A DNA stretch of 64,000 bases from Bacteroidales bacterium (GTDB lineage: Bacteria; Bacteroidota; Bacteroidia; Bacteroidales; UBA7960), in the NCBI GenBank assembly GCA_035477775.1, contig DATIKH010000133.1, positions 49,673-113,672 on the forward strand. Reading direction: 5' to 3'. The notes beneath the pieces were generated by a model, which worked only from the letters and a program-made list of their open reading frames with translations, ran no database searches and had not been told where the DNA came from. Every line of letters starts with the position of its first letter. The stretch's first letter is position 1. The translations under genes were made by a program, and so were the position numbers. Below are positions 43,320 through 54,075 of this stretch, piece by piece.

Positions 43320-45797
43320 ATGCAGAACAAGCCCAAAAACCTAAAAAGAAATACCTTCAAAGAGAAGAAAGAGAAGAGTGAAAAGAAAAGCGAACTCTCC
43401 GGCAATGAATTATCATGGGGATCATTAGAAAGGTTCTTTCGCAGCAACCGGCTTCGAAAAACGGTTGGGCTGTTTTTTGTATTGCTTTCAGTTTTCCTTA
43501 TTCTTTCGTTTGTTTCTTATCTGTTCACATGGAAAGCTGATGACGACCTGCTGAATGGCAGGGCTTTCAACTGGGAGCTGCTCGTTGACAACTCCGTTGT
43601 TTCCGATAACCTGATGGGGCGTTTAGGATCTATTGTTGCACATTTCTTTATAAAACAAGGATTTGGTATCTCCTCGGTACTATTTACGCTCATATTTTTC
43701 GTTGCAGGGTTCAGGTGGTTGTTTGGTTTTGGAATATTACCTGTTGGTAAAACACTGATCCAAAGTGTATTCTTTATTATTTGGGTTTCAGTCTTTTGTG
43801 GAGCTGTAATCCCTGCGGGGCCGGAACTTATCTTGGCAGGGGTATTTGGATTTCAGGCTTATGAATGGCTAAACGGGATTCTTGGAGGGTTAGGAACAGC
43901 CATACTCTTAATCTTTTCGATGGGGAGCTACATTTTGCTGGTATTCGACCCAAACCTGTCCTTTGTTGGCCAACAAATCGTTGGAGTTTTTTCGAGAAAA
44001 AAATCTACTGCCGAATCCGACCAATGGTTGGATGAGAATACCGAAAGGGATCATTTCGAACAGGAGCAATATGCCTCCAAACCCGAAACGACATTCGGAC
44101 CGGGAGCTGAGGTTTCGTTCGAAGATGGTGAGGAAGAACCCGTTGAATTCGAAATCAACGACAGTAGGCCTGAATCACCTCCTCAATTTGAAGTAGAGGT
44201 CAATTCTGGCAAAATCACGGATCACAACTACCAGAGTGTTGATGACCCTGCTCTTTTTGGTTCTGAAGGCGATATGCCCGACCTCTCGCATCTGGGACCT
44301 TACGATCCCAAACTTGATTTACCTCATTATCAGATACCTGAGCTACATCTACTCGACGAGCGGGGCAATGTATCGATACAGGTAAACAAAGCTGAACTCG
44401 AGGCCAACAAGAACAAGATCATTGAAACCCTCAACAATTACTCCATACAGATTGACCGGATAAAAGCTACTATTGGGCCTACGGTAACATTGTACGAAAT
44501 TATACCAGCGCCAGGTGTTAGGATATCGCGGATTCGAAGCCTTGAGAATGATATCGCGCTGAGCCTTTCGGCCCTGGGAATCCGCATAATTGCCCCGATA
44601 CCAGGCCGTGGCACTATAGGTATCGAGGTTCCAAACAGCAATCCCGAAATCGTTTCCATGCGCTCCATCCTGGCCAGCGAACGGTTTCAACATTCTACTC
44701 TGGAGTTGCCTATCGGGCTCGGTAAAACCATTGCCAACGAAACCTATATTGCCGATCTAACAAAAATGCCACACCTGCTTATGGCAGGGGCAACCGGCCA
44801 AGGGAAATCGGTGGGGCTGAATGCCATTCTGGCGTCCATTCTTTACAAGAAACATCCGGCCTACGTAAAGTTTGTTCTGGTTGATCCAAAAAAAGTGGAA
44901 CTCACTCTTTTTTCCAAAATAGAACGACATTTCCTTGCCAAACTGCCCGATGCAGAAGAGGCCATTGTAACAGATACACGACAGGTTGTTCGTACGTTGA
45001 ATTCGTTGTGCATTGAGATGGACAACCGGTACGACCTTCTCAAAGATGCCCAGGTAAGGAACATAAAAGAGTATAATGCCAAATTTTTGGAACGAAAACT
45101 CAATCCAAACCACGGTCACCGGTTTTTGCCTTACATCATTTTGTTTATAGATGAGTTTGCAGATCTGATAATGACCGCAGGAAAAGAGATTGAGCTGCCA
45201 ATCGCCCGCCTTGCCCAACTTTCGCGGGCAGTAGGACTTCACCTGATTATTGCCACCCAACGACCTTCTGTGAATATTATTACAGGAACCATTAAGGCCA
45301 ATTTTCCGGCAAGAATGGCCTTCAGGGTAACTTCAAAAATTGACTCAAGGACTATCCTGGATACAGGTGGCGCCGACCAACTTATTGGGCGCGGCGACAT
45401 GCTGCTCTCTACAGGTAGCGAACTGATTCGTCTGCAATGTGCCTTTATAGACACCCCCGAAATAGAACGTGTAACTGAATTTATTGGTTCACAGAGAGCT
45501 TATTCTCAACCGTTTCTCTTGCCAGAGTATTATGAAGAAGGTGATACCGATTCTGCCCCATTAGATCCGGCCGACCGCGATGACCTTTTTGATGAAGCCG
45601 CCCGAATAGTGGTTTCAACACAACAAGGATCTACATCTCTGTTGCAACGTAAATTAAAATTAGGGTACAATAGGGCCGGAAGGATTATTGACCAACTTGA
45701 GGCTGCTGGTATTGTTGGTCCATTCGAAGGCAGCAAGGCCCGTGAAGTGAGAATTAAAGACGAAGTAACTTTGGAACAGATTTTGAAGCAGGTATAA
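43320..45797 (+). CDS. ftsK: DNA translocase FtsK
   Basis: N-terminal TM helices. Motor domain: MPHLLMAGATGQGKSVGLN (Walker A), ILFIDEFADL (Walker B), IIATQRPSVNIITG. C-terminal gamma domain: GSTSLLQRKLKLGYNRAGRIIDQLE. Start at ATG 43320. Confidence 0.95.
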   Translation: MQNKPKNLKRNTFKEKKEKSEKKSELSGNELSWGSLERFFRSNRLRKTVGLFFVLLSVFLILSFVSYLFTWKADDDLLNGRAFNWELLVDNSVVSDNLMGRLGSIVAHFFIKQGFGISSVLFTLIFFVAGFRWLFGFGILPVGKTLIQSVFFIIWVSVFCGAVIPAGPELILAGVFGFQAYEWLNGILGGLGTAILLIFSMGSYILLVFDPNLSFVGQQIVGVFSRKKSTAESDQWLDENTERDHFEQEQYASKPETTFGPGAEVSFEDGEEEPVEFEINDSRPESPPQFEVEVNSGKITDHNYQSVDDPALFGSEGDMPDLSHLGPYDPKLDLPHYQIPELHLLDERGNVSIQVNKAELEANKNKIIETLNNYSIQIDRIKATIGPTVTLYEIIPAPGVRISRIRSLENDIALSLSALGIRIIAPIPGRGTIGIEVPNSNPEIVSMRSILASERFQHSTLELPIGLGKTIANETYIADLTKMPHLLMAGATGQGKSVGLNAILASILYKKHPAYVKFVLVDPKKVELTLFSKIERHFLAKLPDAEEAIVTDTRQVVRTLNSLCIEMDNRYDLLKDAQVRNIKEYNAKFLERKLNPNHGHRFLPYIILFIDEFADLIMTAGKEIELPIARLAQLSRAVGLHLIIATQRPSVNIITGTIKANFPARMAFRVTSKIDSRTILDTGGADQLIGRGDMLLSTGSELIRLQCAFIDTPEIERVTEFIGSQRAYSQPFLLPEYYEEGDTDSAPLDPADRDDLFDEAARIVVSTQQGSTSLLQRKLKLGYNRAGRIIDQLEAAGIVGPFEGSKAREVRIKDEVTLEQILKQV

Positions 45798-45817
45798 CAA
45801 ATCCAAATTCTTTCAAA

Positions 45818-46477
45818 ATGATAAAAAGTATTATACTCCTGTTTCTTCTAGCGGGCTGGATTCCGGGTGTCTTCGCCCAGACTCCCGCCGAAAGGCAAGC
45901 AGAAACCGTTGGCCAGGAGATGCTCCGTGCAACCAGAGAACACCTGAAGTCTTTTCAAACTCTGCGAATCCACTTTACTTACCAAATGGAAAACACTTCT
46001 CAAAACCTGTCAGAGACCTTTCAGGGAGAGTTGCTGTTGCAAGGCGATCGATACAACATGAAACTGGGCGAAAACCTTTTTATTTCCAATGGAGAAATTA
46101 CCTGGTCGTACCTTGCCGAGCTAAATGAAGTTTATATCAACCGAATTGAAAACAATGAAGACGCAATTACTCCAACAGCGCTTCTCAATGATTTCGAAAA
46201 CCGTTTCAGGGCGAGGCACATGCGTCGGGAAACCCATAGGGGCAGACCGGTGGAAATAATCGACCTATTGCCAAGAACTCCACAGGCATTTCACAAGTAC
46301 CGTGTAGCTATAGACCCTACGAACCACATGTTGGTTTATACGATTGCTTTTGACCGCGAAGGGGGTACTTTCAGGCATACAATAGATCGTTTTGAACCAA
46401 ATCCCAGGTTGCCTGCCAATGCTTTTACTTTCGATAACAAAAGGTTTCCGGGCCTTGAGGTAATTGACCTCAGGTAG
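45818..46477 (+). CDS. lolA: LolA-like outer-membrane lipoprotein carrier protein
   Basis: Signal peptide. F.GELLLQGDRYNMKLGENLFISNGEITWSYLAELNEVYI. Immediately downstream of ftsK, as is usual in Bacteroidota. Confidence 0.7.
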   Translation: MIKSIILLFLLAGWIPGVFAQTPAERQAETVGQEMLRATREHLKSFQTLRIHFTYQMENTSQNLSETFQGELLLQGDRYNMKLGENLFISNGEITWSYLAELNEVYINRIENNEDAITPTALLNDFENRFRARHMRRETHRGRPVEIIDLLPRTPQAFHKYRVAIDPTNHMLVYTIAFDREGGTFRHTIDRFEPNPRLPANAFTFDNKRFPGLEVIDLR

Positions 46478-46489
46478 AAATTTATCCAA

Positions 46490-48484
46490 TCAGGGAGTTG
46501 TAATAAGATCTGAACGCATAACATTTGTGCGTCTGAATCCCTGCTGCCTAAACAAAACAGATTCTATATTTTCCCAGCCACCCCTCTCAGAATTAACCCT
46601 TTGAAAATAGAATGGATTCTGAATACCCGGAGTATTCAGGTTTTCGATGCAGCGATTGAAGTTTCTGCCATACTTTGCAAGGGCGTTGAAGAAATAATAG
46701 GATGTTGTTACACCCAGCATTGCCCCTTCATTAGGTTCGGTATTGAAGTTGGAACGAAAACGCAAAACAAAATCTCTTATGTGTTTGTCGCGATACTCAA
46801 TGAAATCATTAGAAAACAAATGAAGCCTTACCGGTTCAAAAAGGCGGAGGTTAATGGTAAGGTAATCTGCCCATTCACTTGTGCCGAATAGAGTTATCTG
46901 GTGCGTACCTGCAATTTGGTTTAGTTCCCGCAGATAATTCGAAAGAAACGCCTCACCGCTTATTAAGGTGATTAAAACATTTTGGCGGTTCAAATCAAGA
47001 TTTTTCCTTACCGAATCCATCCCTCCTGTTCGAAAAACAACTTCCCTGACTGTAGTAGCATTGTTCTGTGTGCCCACCCTGTTGCCATTCATTGCAGGAG
47101 AATGGGGGCCTTGAGGCAGCATTGCTCCGGAATGTCCCAAACTCAAAATGCCATGCTGACTTAGATAGTCCTCTAACTCTCCAATACCTCCATTTGCTTT
47201 TAGGTGCTGAAAACCAACCAGCTCATTTTGAAGTTTGTTTCTAAAAGCGTTGATCAAACCAATGGCTTCGGGGATGTTGTTATGTACTAAAATGATATTT
47301 TGACCATAAAAAGTTCTTGCGATGTAGGAGGCTTGTGAAAACAACTGTGTTGGCAGTGAGGTAGAAACCTGAAACAGATTGGGATTATTATTAAGGATAT
47401 CTAAGTTATCATAGAAAGGCGAAACCACCGAAATATTATTTCTCCTGGCAAACTCCGCCACATGGGGAATTGTTTCAGGAAAAAAGGGACCGATAATCAA
47501 ATCCATTTGTTCGAAACCGGGCTGGCTGGTAACCGCCTTTGCAGATTCAAGGTCTCTCGCAACATCAAAAGTGTAAAGTTTTATATTAACACCTTGCTTC
47601 CTGATGGAATCAACAGCTATCAATACCCCCTGATAAAACTGAATGAATGTAAACGAGACATGGTTCGGATCAATTTGGGTAGCAGACCCATCGAAAAGGT
47701 CAAGGTACAATGGAATAAGCAGAGCCACATTGTATTGTGGTTTTAATTCCGGGTTGAGGCAATACGAATCCTGCTGTTGTGTAAGCATAGGGAGTTGCCA
47801 CTCGGGTAATTCTTCTGCCTGGATCGGTGCAGGGGGCGCTATTGCAGCCACACGTGCAGGTATTCTGATTTTTTGCCCTTCTGTAAGGGGTTGGGATTCT
47901 AAATCCGGATTAATCCGAATGAGCTCATCAGATGCCAAGTTAAAATGGTTTGAAACCCTAGAGAGCGTTTCACCTTTTCTGATGGTGTAATAAAAAAATT
48001 CGACCATCACAGACTGTTGAACCGGGATTTTTAAAATTTGCCTATGCCGGAGTCCTTGCCGTGCAGTTGGGTTATGCTTCAAAAGCTCCTCTTGAGTAAT
48101 ATTGTACTTTCGCGAAATGCCAAACAAGGTTTCACGCCTTGCCACTTCATGTTCGATAAATGATGTAACCGTCAACATCTCCCTGATTACCTGATTTGTC
48201 TCCACAGCAGGAATGCGAAGCACCATACCGATGCGGATAACATTCAGAAGATCGGTAAACTGTCTGTTTTCGTCAACAATTTGCTGTACCGTTACCTCAT
48301 AAGCCCTCGCAATGCCGAAAAGTGTTTGTCCGGGTTGAACAGTATGCATATAAAATGTCCTCCCGCTAACAGTCTCTTTTACATGCGACCGGTTTACCGG
48401 TGCCGGCTCAAACTGTGCATAGGATTCAGGACTCAACAGCATCAGCCCAAAAATCATTGCTAATAAACCCAGTTGCTTTTTCAT
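46490..48484 (-). CDS. Exported protein with three LysM domains fused to a type-1 periplasmic-binding-protein-like domain
   Basis: LysM copies: HTVQPGQTLFGIARAYEVTVQQIVDEN, HEVARRETLFGISRKYNITQEELLKHNP and YTIRKGETLSRVSNHFNLASDELIRINP. The C-terminal ~400 aa have the alternating alpha/beta PBP1 character (VALLIPLYLD ... DLIIGPF). Confidence 0.75.
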   Translation of the reverse strand: MKKQLGLLAMIFGLMLLSPESYAQFEPAPVNRSHVKETVSGRTFYMHTVQPGQTLFGIARAYEVTVQQIVDENRQFTDLLNVIRIGMVLRIPAVETNQVIREMLTVTSFIEHEVARRETLFGISRKYNITQEELLKHNPTARQGLRHRQILKIPVQQSVMVEFFYYTIRKGETLSRVSNHFNLASDELIRINPDLESQPLTEGQKIRIPARVAAIAPPAPIQAEELPEWQLPMLTQQQDSYCLNPELKPQYNVALLIPLYLDLFDGSATQIDPNHVSFTFIQFYQGVLIAVDSIRKQGVNIKLYTFDVARDLESAKAVTSQPGFEQMDLIIGPFFPETIPHVAEFARRNNISVVSPFYDNLDILNNNPNLFQVSTSLPTQLFSQASYIARTFYGQNIILVHNNIPEAIGLINAFRNKLQNELVGFQHLKANGGIGELEDYLSQHGILSLGHSGAMLPQGPHSPAMNGNRVGTQNNATTVREVVFRTGGMDSVRKNLDLNRQNVLITLISGEAFLSNYLRELNQIAGTHQITLFGTSEWADYLTINLRLFEPVRLHLFSNDFIEYRDKHIRDFVLRFRSNFNTEPNEGAMLGVTTSYYFFNALAKYGRNFNRCIENLNTPGIQNPFYFQRVNSERGGWENIESVLFRQQGFRRTNVMRSDLITTP

Positions 48485-48539
48485 AATCTTCTAATGTTTA
48501 ACATGCGGTATTACAAGCAGTTATAAAGAATCCTGGCTT

Positions 48540-50069
48540 TTATTCCCACTCGATGGTAGCCGGGGGCTTTGAACTGATGTCGTAAACAACCCGGTTGATC
48601 CCTTTAATTTTATTAATAATCTGACTTGAAACCTTGGCCAGAAATTCGAAGGGAAGGTGCACCCAATCGGCAGTCATTCCATCGGTGGAATCTACAGCTC
48701 TGAGCGCAATGACGTTTTCGTAAGTCCTTTCATCGCCCATAACCCCAACTGTTTGAACCGGAAGCAACACAGCAAAAGCTTGCCAAGTCTTGTTATACAG
48801 TCCATCCTGCCGCAAGGCACTAATAAAAATATCATCAGCTTCCTGCAAAACAGATACTTTTTCGGCAGTAACCTCTCCTAAGATCCGCACCCCTAATCCC
48901 GGACCCGGAAAAGGATGCCGTTGCAACAACATCGGGCTAATCCCAAGTGATGAGCCTATTCGGCGAACCTCGTCTTTAAACAGGGAATTGAGCGGTTCAA
49001 CGATTTTCAGTTTCATAAAATCTGGCAGTCCGCCTACATTGTGATGCGATTTAATGGTTGCCGAAGGCCCTTTTACTGAAGCTGATTCGATAACATCGGG
49101 GTAAATAGTTCCTTGAGCAAGCCATACCACATTTTCAATTTTGTGTGCTTCTTCGTCGAAAACTTCAATAAAAGTATGCCCGATTGCCTTGCGCTTCTTT
49201 TCAGGATCCGAAACCCCTTTCAATGCTTTCAAAAACCTGCTTCCTGCCCTTACACCTTTTACATTGAGCCCCATGCCTCGATATGAATCTAATACCTGTT
49301 CGAATTCATTTTTTCTGAGAAGGCCGTTATCAACAAAAATACAATGTAGCTGCGACCCTATGGCCTGATGTAGCAAAACTCCTGCCACAGTTGAATCGAC
49401 CCCGCCGGATAAGCCCAAAACTACATTGTCGTTACCGATTTTTTCTTTAAGGTGGGCAATAGTGCTTTGAATGAATGATTCCGGAGTCCATTGCTGTTTA
49501 CATCCGCAAATTTCGACCAGAAAGTTACGCATCAATTCAAGTCCCTGTAGTGAATGAACCACCTCCGGGTGAAATTGCAGACCATAAATAGGCCTTTGGT
49601 CGTATCTAAATGCAGCTATGCCCACGTCGTTGGTTCGCGCTATGGTCCTGCAGCCGGCCGGCAGTTTGGTAATACTATCACCATGCGACATCCAAACCTG
49701 TGAATTGATTTCAATGCCATGCAAAAGTTTTTCGTCATTATCAACCGAAGTCAGGTTGGCACGACCATACTCGCGGGTAGTCGATTTTTGAACCGCTCCC
49801 CCGTCTTCGTAGGCAAAAATTTGAGCGCCATAACAGACCCCCAACAGCGGTACCGGCAATTCATTGTAAGAAAACCCCGGACGTGGTGAATCTTTCTGAT
49901 GAACACTGAAAGGGCTACCAGAGAAAATCACCCCCTTAATGTCAGAAAAATTATCGGGCACATAATGATATGGATGGATTTCACAATACACATTCAACTC
50001 TCTTATACGCCTGGCAATCAGCTGGGTATATTGTGATCCAAAATCGAGAATCAGTATTTTTTCCTGCAT
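48540..50069 (-). CDS. guaA: GMP synthase (glutamine-hydrolysing)
   Basis: [39 protein letters not shown]-terminal ...KPPATIEWE. Confidence 0.97.
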   Translation of the reverse strand: MQEKILILDFGSQYTQLIARRIRELNVYCEIHPYHYVPDNFSDIKGVIFSGSPFSVHQKDSPRPGFSYNELPVPLLGVCYGAQIFAYEDGGAVQKSTTREYGRANLTSVDNDEKLLHGIEINSQVWMSHGDSITKLPAGCRTIARTNDVGIAAFRYDQRPIYGLQFHPEVVHSLQGLELMRNFLVEICGCKQQWTPESFIQSTIAHLKEKIGNDNVVLGLSGGVDSTVAGVLLHQAIGSQLHCIFVDNGLLRKNEFEQVLDSYRGMGLNVKGVRAGSRFLKALKGVSDPEKKRKAIGHTFIEVFDEEAHKIENVVWLAQGTIYPDVIESASVKGPSATIKSHHNVGGLPDFMKLKIVEPLNSLFKDEVRRIGSSLGISPMLLQRHPFPGPGLGVRILGEVTAEKVSVLQEADDIFISALRQDGLYNKTWQAFAVLLPVQTVGVMGDERTYENVIALRAVDSTDGMTADWVHLPFEFLAKVSSQIINKIKGINRVVYDISSKPPATIEWE

Positions 50070-50186
50070 AGTGCAAAGATAGTATTACCCGTTTTAATTG
50101 TAAGCTAAGCTGAAACTTAATATTTCAAAAATCTTCCCATCTTCGACAATTGACTAAATTTGTAATGTAACCAAGCTTAGCGTTAA

Positions 50187-50855
50187 ATGAGCACGGATAG
50201 TAGCCGGTTTATTGAATTTAAAAAGTCTCTTCCTTTGCATGTACAATTGGTTGCAGTAAGCAAAACCAAGACTGCAGCCGAAATCATGGAAGTTTATGAT
50301 GCCGGACAACGATGCTTTGGGGAAAACAAAGTTCAGGAGTTGATTCCAAAGCATGAGGCACTTCCAAAAGACATCGAATGGCACATGATTGGTCATCTTC
50401 AGTCGAACAAGGTAAAATATATTGCGCCATTTGTTGGAATGATCCACTCTGTTGATAGTTTAAAACTGCTTTCGGTAATCGACAAAGAAGCCCAAAAAAA
50501 CAACAGGGTAATACCATGTCTTCTTCAAATACAAATTGCCGAAGAAGATACCAAATTCGGTCTTAATACAACCGAAACATGGAACTTGCTGCAATCGGAG
50601 AATTACCAACAATTAAGAAATGTTCTCATCAGAGGGGTGATGGGTATGGCCACATTTACTGATGATTTAGAAAAAATTCGCAAAGAATTCCGGTTCCTGA
50701 AGGGGATCTTCGATAGGTTAAAAAAGGAATTCTTCCCGAAAAATGATTATTTTTCGGAAGTTTCGATGGGTATGACCGACGACTACCCTATTGCAATTCA
50801 GGAAGGAAGCACCATCATCAGGATTGGAAGTGCTATATTCGGGAGCCGGAAATAA
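50187..50855 (+). CDS. yggS: YggS-family pyridoxal phosphate homeostasis protein
   Basis: LVAVSKTK (PLP lysine) ... FGENKVQE ... WHMIGHLQSNKVKYI ... SMGMTDDY ... IRIGSAIFG. Confidence 0.9.
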   Translation: MSTDSSRFIEFKKSLPLHVQLVAVSKTKTAAEIMEVYDAGQRCFGENKVQELIPKHEALPKDIEWHMIGHLQSNKVKYIAPFVGMIHSVDSLKLLSVIDKEAQKNNRVIPCLLQIQIAEEDTKFGLNTTETWNLLQSENYQQLRNVLIRGVMGMATFTDDLEKIRKEFRFLKGIFDRLKKEFFPKNDYFSEVSMGMTDDYPIAIQEGSTIIRIGSAIFGSRK

Positions 50856-50980
50856 CAAGTAAAAAAGAAACATGCAAAAAAGCACTTCGCCTCACTCTCC
50901 GAAATAAGCAGGGCTCGTTGTAATTCAAATTCAGTTTAAATGACCTTGAAAGTATTTTAAATTCAGGCAACAGAAGGAAC

Positions 50981-51550
50981 ATGATTATACTTGGAATTAC
51001 CGGCACTTTGGGTTCCGGAAAAGGCACAGTAGTAACGTATCTTGCTGAAACAAGGGGCTTTGTTCATTTTTCGGTACGGGAATATATTGCCCGCAGATTA
51101 CACCATGACAATATACCGGTTAACCGAGACACGCTAACAGCAAAGGCGAATGAACTACGTGCCATAAACGGCCCTGCTTATATTATAGAAGAGCTTTACA
51201 AGGAAGCCGAAGCACTGAAGAAAAACTGCATTATTGAGAGTATAAGGACACCAGGCGAAATAGCAGTTTTAAGATCGAAACCCTATTTTTTTTTGCTGGC
51301 TGTTGATGCCGATTCGCGGAAAAGGTACGACCGGATCAGGTTGCGCAACTCCGAAACCGACCAGGTAACCTTCGATACCTTCCTGAGCAACGAGCAACGT
51401 GAAATGTACTCAACCGATCCCAATAATCAGAATTTGTCTGAATGTATCAGACAGGCAGATGTTGTGATATTCAACAATGGCGATCTGGAGGAATTGTACG
51501 CTCAAACTGAAAAATTCTTATCCGTGGTCTTAAAGCGGGATCAACAATAA
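50981..51550 (+). CDS. P-loop nucleotide/nucleoside-monophosphate kinase-like protein
   Basis: MIILGITGTLGSGKGTVVTYL (Walker A). 189 aa. Its stop TAA shares one nucleotide with the ATG of the dCMP deaminase gene. The substrate is not deducible. Confidence 0.5.
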   Translation: MIILGITGTLGSGKGTVVTYLAETRGFVHFSVREYIARRLHHDNIPVNRDTLTAKANELRAINGPAYIIEELYKEAEALKKNCIIESIRTPGEIAVLRSKPYFFLLAVDADSRKRYDRIRLRNSETDQVTFDTFLSNEQREMYSTDPNNQNLSECIRQADVVIFNNGDLEELYAQTEKFLSVVLKRDQQ

Positions 51551-52053
51551 TGAATAAAAAGATGGAACCAAAAAACGACCATCGCCCAAGCTGGGATGAG
51601 TATTTTATGGAAATCGCCCACACGGTTAGTAAGCGGGCAACATGCGATAGGGGCCGAAGCGGTTGTGTTATCGTGCGCGACAGGCAGATTCTCGTTACTG
51701 GATATGTTGGTTCACCACGAGGAATGGCGCATTGCGACGATGCAGGGCACCAACTGAAAAAGGTTGTGCATGAAGATGGTCTTACTACGATGCATTGCGT
51801 AAGAACTGTGCACGCAGAGCAAAATGCAATTTGTCAGGCTGCACGCCTGGGAATAAGCATCGAAGGCGCCACATTGTACTGCCGGATGACACCTTGCAGA
51901 GTCTGTGCCATGCTCATAATTAATTGTGGAATAAAACGGGTTGTTTGCGAAAAAAAATACCACACCAGCCTGGAATCGGAGCAAATGTTTGCCGAGGCTG
52001 GTGTGGAAGTTCAATACTATACAACCGAAGTACTTAAGTATAAAGATCAGTGA
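51550..52053 (+). CDS. Deoxycytidylate (dCMP) deaminase
   Basis: WDEYFMEIAHTVSKRATC ... HAEQNAI ... PCRVCAMLI (zinc-binding H-A-E / P-C-x-x-C). Confidence 0.88.
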   Translation: MNKKMEPKNDHRPSWDEYFMEIAHTVSKRATCDRGRSGCVIVRDRQILVTGYVGSPRGMAHCDDAGHQLKKVVHEDGLTTMHCVRTVHAEQNAICQAARLGISIEGATLYCRMTPCRVCAMLIINCGIKRVVCEKKYHTSLESEQMFAEAGVEVQYYTTEVLKYKDQ

Positions 52054-53046
52054 TTACCTAAAAATTTTCACTTCGGTTTCACCAGTAGATTTGATATACC
52101 CCCTAAACATGGCCGTAGTGTTGAAAGGCATTGAAATATTGCCCTTTCTGTCGATGGCAATAACACCTCCCCTGGCGCCTTGTTGTTTTAACCTTACCAT
52201 GATGTTATAATTTGTAGCTTGCTCCAGGGTTTCGCCCAGATATAGCATACGTGCCGAAATATCGTATGCAACAGCATTTCGGATGAAAAATTCACCATGG
52301 CCGGTTGATGAAACTGCGCAACTGAGGTTATTGGCATAGGTACCTGCACCAATAATAGGTGCGTCGCCGATGCGTCCTTGCTTTTTGCCGGTCATTCCAC
52401 CGGTCGAAGTTGCGGCAGCCAGATTTCCTTGCTGGTCAAGGGCAACTGCCCCGACTGTGCCCATGCTCATTTCGGAAGCAATGGAGCCCCGCAACGGGGA
52501 ATTTTCGCGAAGAAACTCGCGGTATTGATCCCAGCGCCGTTGATCGAAAAAGTACGAGGGATCTACAACTTCTAGTCCCTGCTCAAAAGCAAATTGCTCA
52601 GCTCCTCGGCCCGACAACATTACATGGCGGGTGTTCTCCATTACTTTGCGGGCAGCCTTTATTGGGTTTTTAACGGTGGTAACACCAGCAACAGCACCAG
52701 CCATCAGGTTGCTGCCATCCATAATTGAGGCATCCAGTTCGTTTCGCCCATCAATCGTGAAAACTGACCCCCTGCCTGCGTTGAACAATGGTGAATCTTC
52801 GAGAATTACCACAGCTGCCTGAGTTGCATCAAGGCTGCTTCCTCCTGCACTAAGGATTTCATGCCCAGCCTTCAAGGCTTCACGAAGCTTATCCAGAAAT
52901 GCTGCTTCCATCTCAGGCGTAATACTTTCGCGTGCAATATTCCCAGCGCCTCCGTGAATAACCAAAGCATAATTTCCCTGAGAATAAGCAAACTGACCAA
53001 TAAAAATCAGCGCAATAACAAACGAAATGGACAAGAGTTTTTTCAT
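52054..53046 (-). CDS. Isoaspartyl peptidase / L-asparaginase (Ntn-hydrolase family), exported
   Basis: ALVIHGGAGN ... LDASIMDG ... nucleophile GTVGAVALD ... TSTGGMTGK ... GAGTYA. Confidence 0.85.
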   Translation of the reverse strand: MKKLLSISFVIALIFIGQFAYSQGNYALVIHGGAGNIARESITPEMEAAFLDKLREALKAGHEILSAGGSSLDATQAAVVILEDSPLFNAGRGSVFTIDGRNELDASIMDGSNLMAGAVAGVTTVKNPIKAARKVMENTRHVMLSGRGAEQFAFEQGLEVVDPSYFFDQRRWDQYREFLRENSPLRGSIASEMSMGTVGAVALDQQGNLAAATSTGGMTGKKQGRIGDAPIIGAGTYANNLSCAVSSTGHGEFFIRNAVAYDISARMLYLGETLEQATNYNIMVRLKQQGARGGVIAIDRKGNISMPFNTTAMFRGYIKSTGETEVKIFR

Positions 53047-53239
53047 CCTATAACATTTTTAAAAATTTCAACCAAATGACCAACCTTTCATGCCCTCGCA
53101 TTATCAAGCGAGTACTGCGAGACGTTGAACCTGTCTTTAAATTATTCGCCTGGACTAATTGCAAGCCAGCAAGAATGGAGTACAACCCAATCAACCAATT
53201 AACCGGCCCAGCTTCACTACAAGAATTCGAAAACCAAGG

Positions 53240-53935
53240 TTAGTTCGGGTTGTTGATGCCAGCCTGATACTCTGCATTGAGCTTGGCAAGTACATCACTG
53301 GTAATATCGTGCTGTGTATTGGCGTAAAGGATGCCCCCTCCCGGAGAAAACCCAAGTATGTAGTCGAATCCGTACTCAACATTGTACCTTTTCAAAAATT
53401 CACTCAACTTATCGAGCAATTGCTGGTTCATTTCAACCTCCTTCTGCATGAGGCGATTTGTGAAAGTCTCGTTGAGTTGGATTAGCTCCTGCTGCCTCTG
53501 CATCAGTTCCCTTTCTTTGGCCTGTGCAAGCTCAATGTTTGCCATGCCCGACTGAACGTCGCGCTGAAACTGTTGTACTTCAGTCTGAAAACTGCGTTGC
53601 CTTCTGCTAAGGTCATTTTCCATACGGGTTCTTTCGACTTCAAAATCTGCCCTCAATTTTATTGCAAATTCATAGTTTTCCATCAGCAATTCTGAGTCGA
53701 TATAAGCGATTCGTGCAGATTCGGCAACTATTTCATTTGCCTGGTCACCTGATTGTGGCATTACAATGCCCTTGCCGGCAATCCCAATCCCCGTAAAATG
53801 CAGTGCATACAGCACAATTAGGCCGAGCAGGAGCAGTATATTAATGTAGGTCAAGGCACCAATTCTTTTAAAAATGCACTTTTTAGGTTCTTCAGGAGAA
53901 GTAGCGGTCTTTTGGTCTTTGATTTCGGTATTCAT
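53240..53935 (-). CDS. OmpH/Skp-family periplasmic chaperone
   Basis: TM/signal anchor, then IAYIDSELLMENYEF and a long coiled-coil (Q/E/R-rich), ending ...YGFDYILGF. Start at ATG 53935; the track uses an upstream TTG. Confidence 0.72.
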   Translation of the reverse strand: MNTEIKDQKTATSPEEPKKCIFKRIGALTYINILLLLGLIVLYALHFTGIGIAGKGIVMPQSGDQANEIVAESARIAYIDSELLMENYEFAIKLRADFEVERTRMENDLSRRQRSFQTEVQQFQRDVQSGMANIELAQAKERELMQRQQELIQLNETFTNRLMQKEVEMNQQLLDKLSEFLKRYNVEYGFDYILGFSPGGGILYANTQHDITSDVLAKLNAEYQAGINNPN

Positions 53936-54006
53936 AATTATTCTAAAAGGTTTGAAATTACCAGCCAATTCAATGGCACAATGGATTAAAAATTTACAAA
54001 ATGATT

Positions 54007-54044
54007 GCGAGATTCTAATATTTCACAATTGAAATACTTCTCGC
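54007..54044 (-). terminator. Compound hairpin downstream of recQ (possible terminator)
   Basis: Outer stem gcgaga (54007..54012) / tctcgc (54039..54044). Inner stem atttca / tgaaat. The minus-strand tail AAUCAUUUUGUAAAUUUUU is U-rich. Confidence 0.45.
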
Positions 54045-54075
54045 ATCTGCATTCAAAAGTACTCAAAAAACCTTC

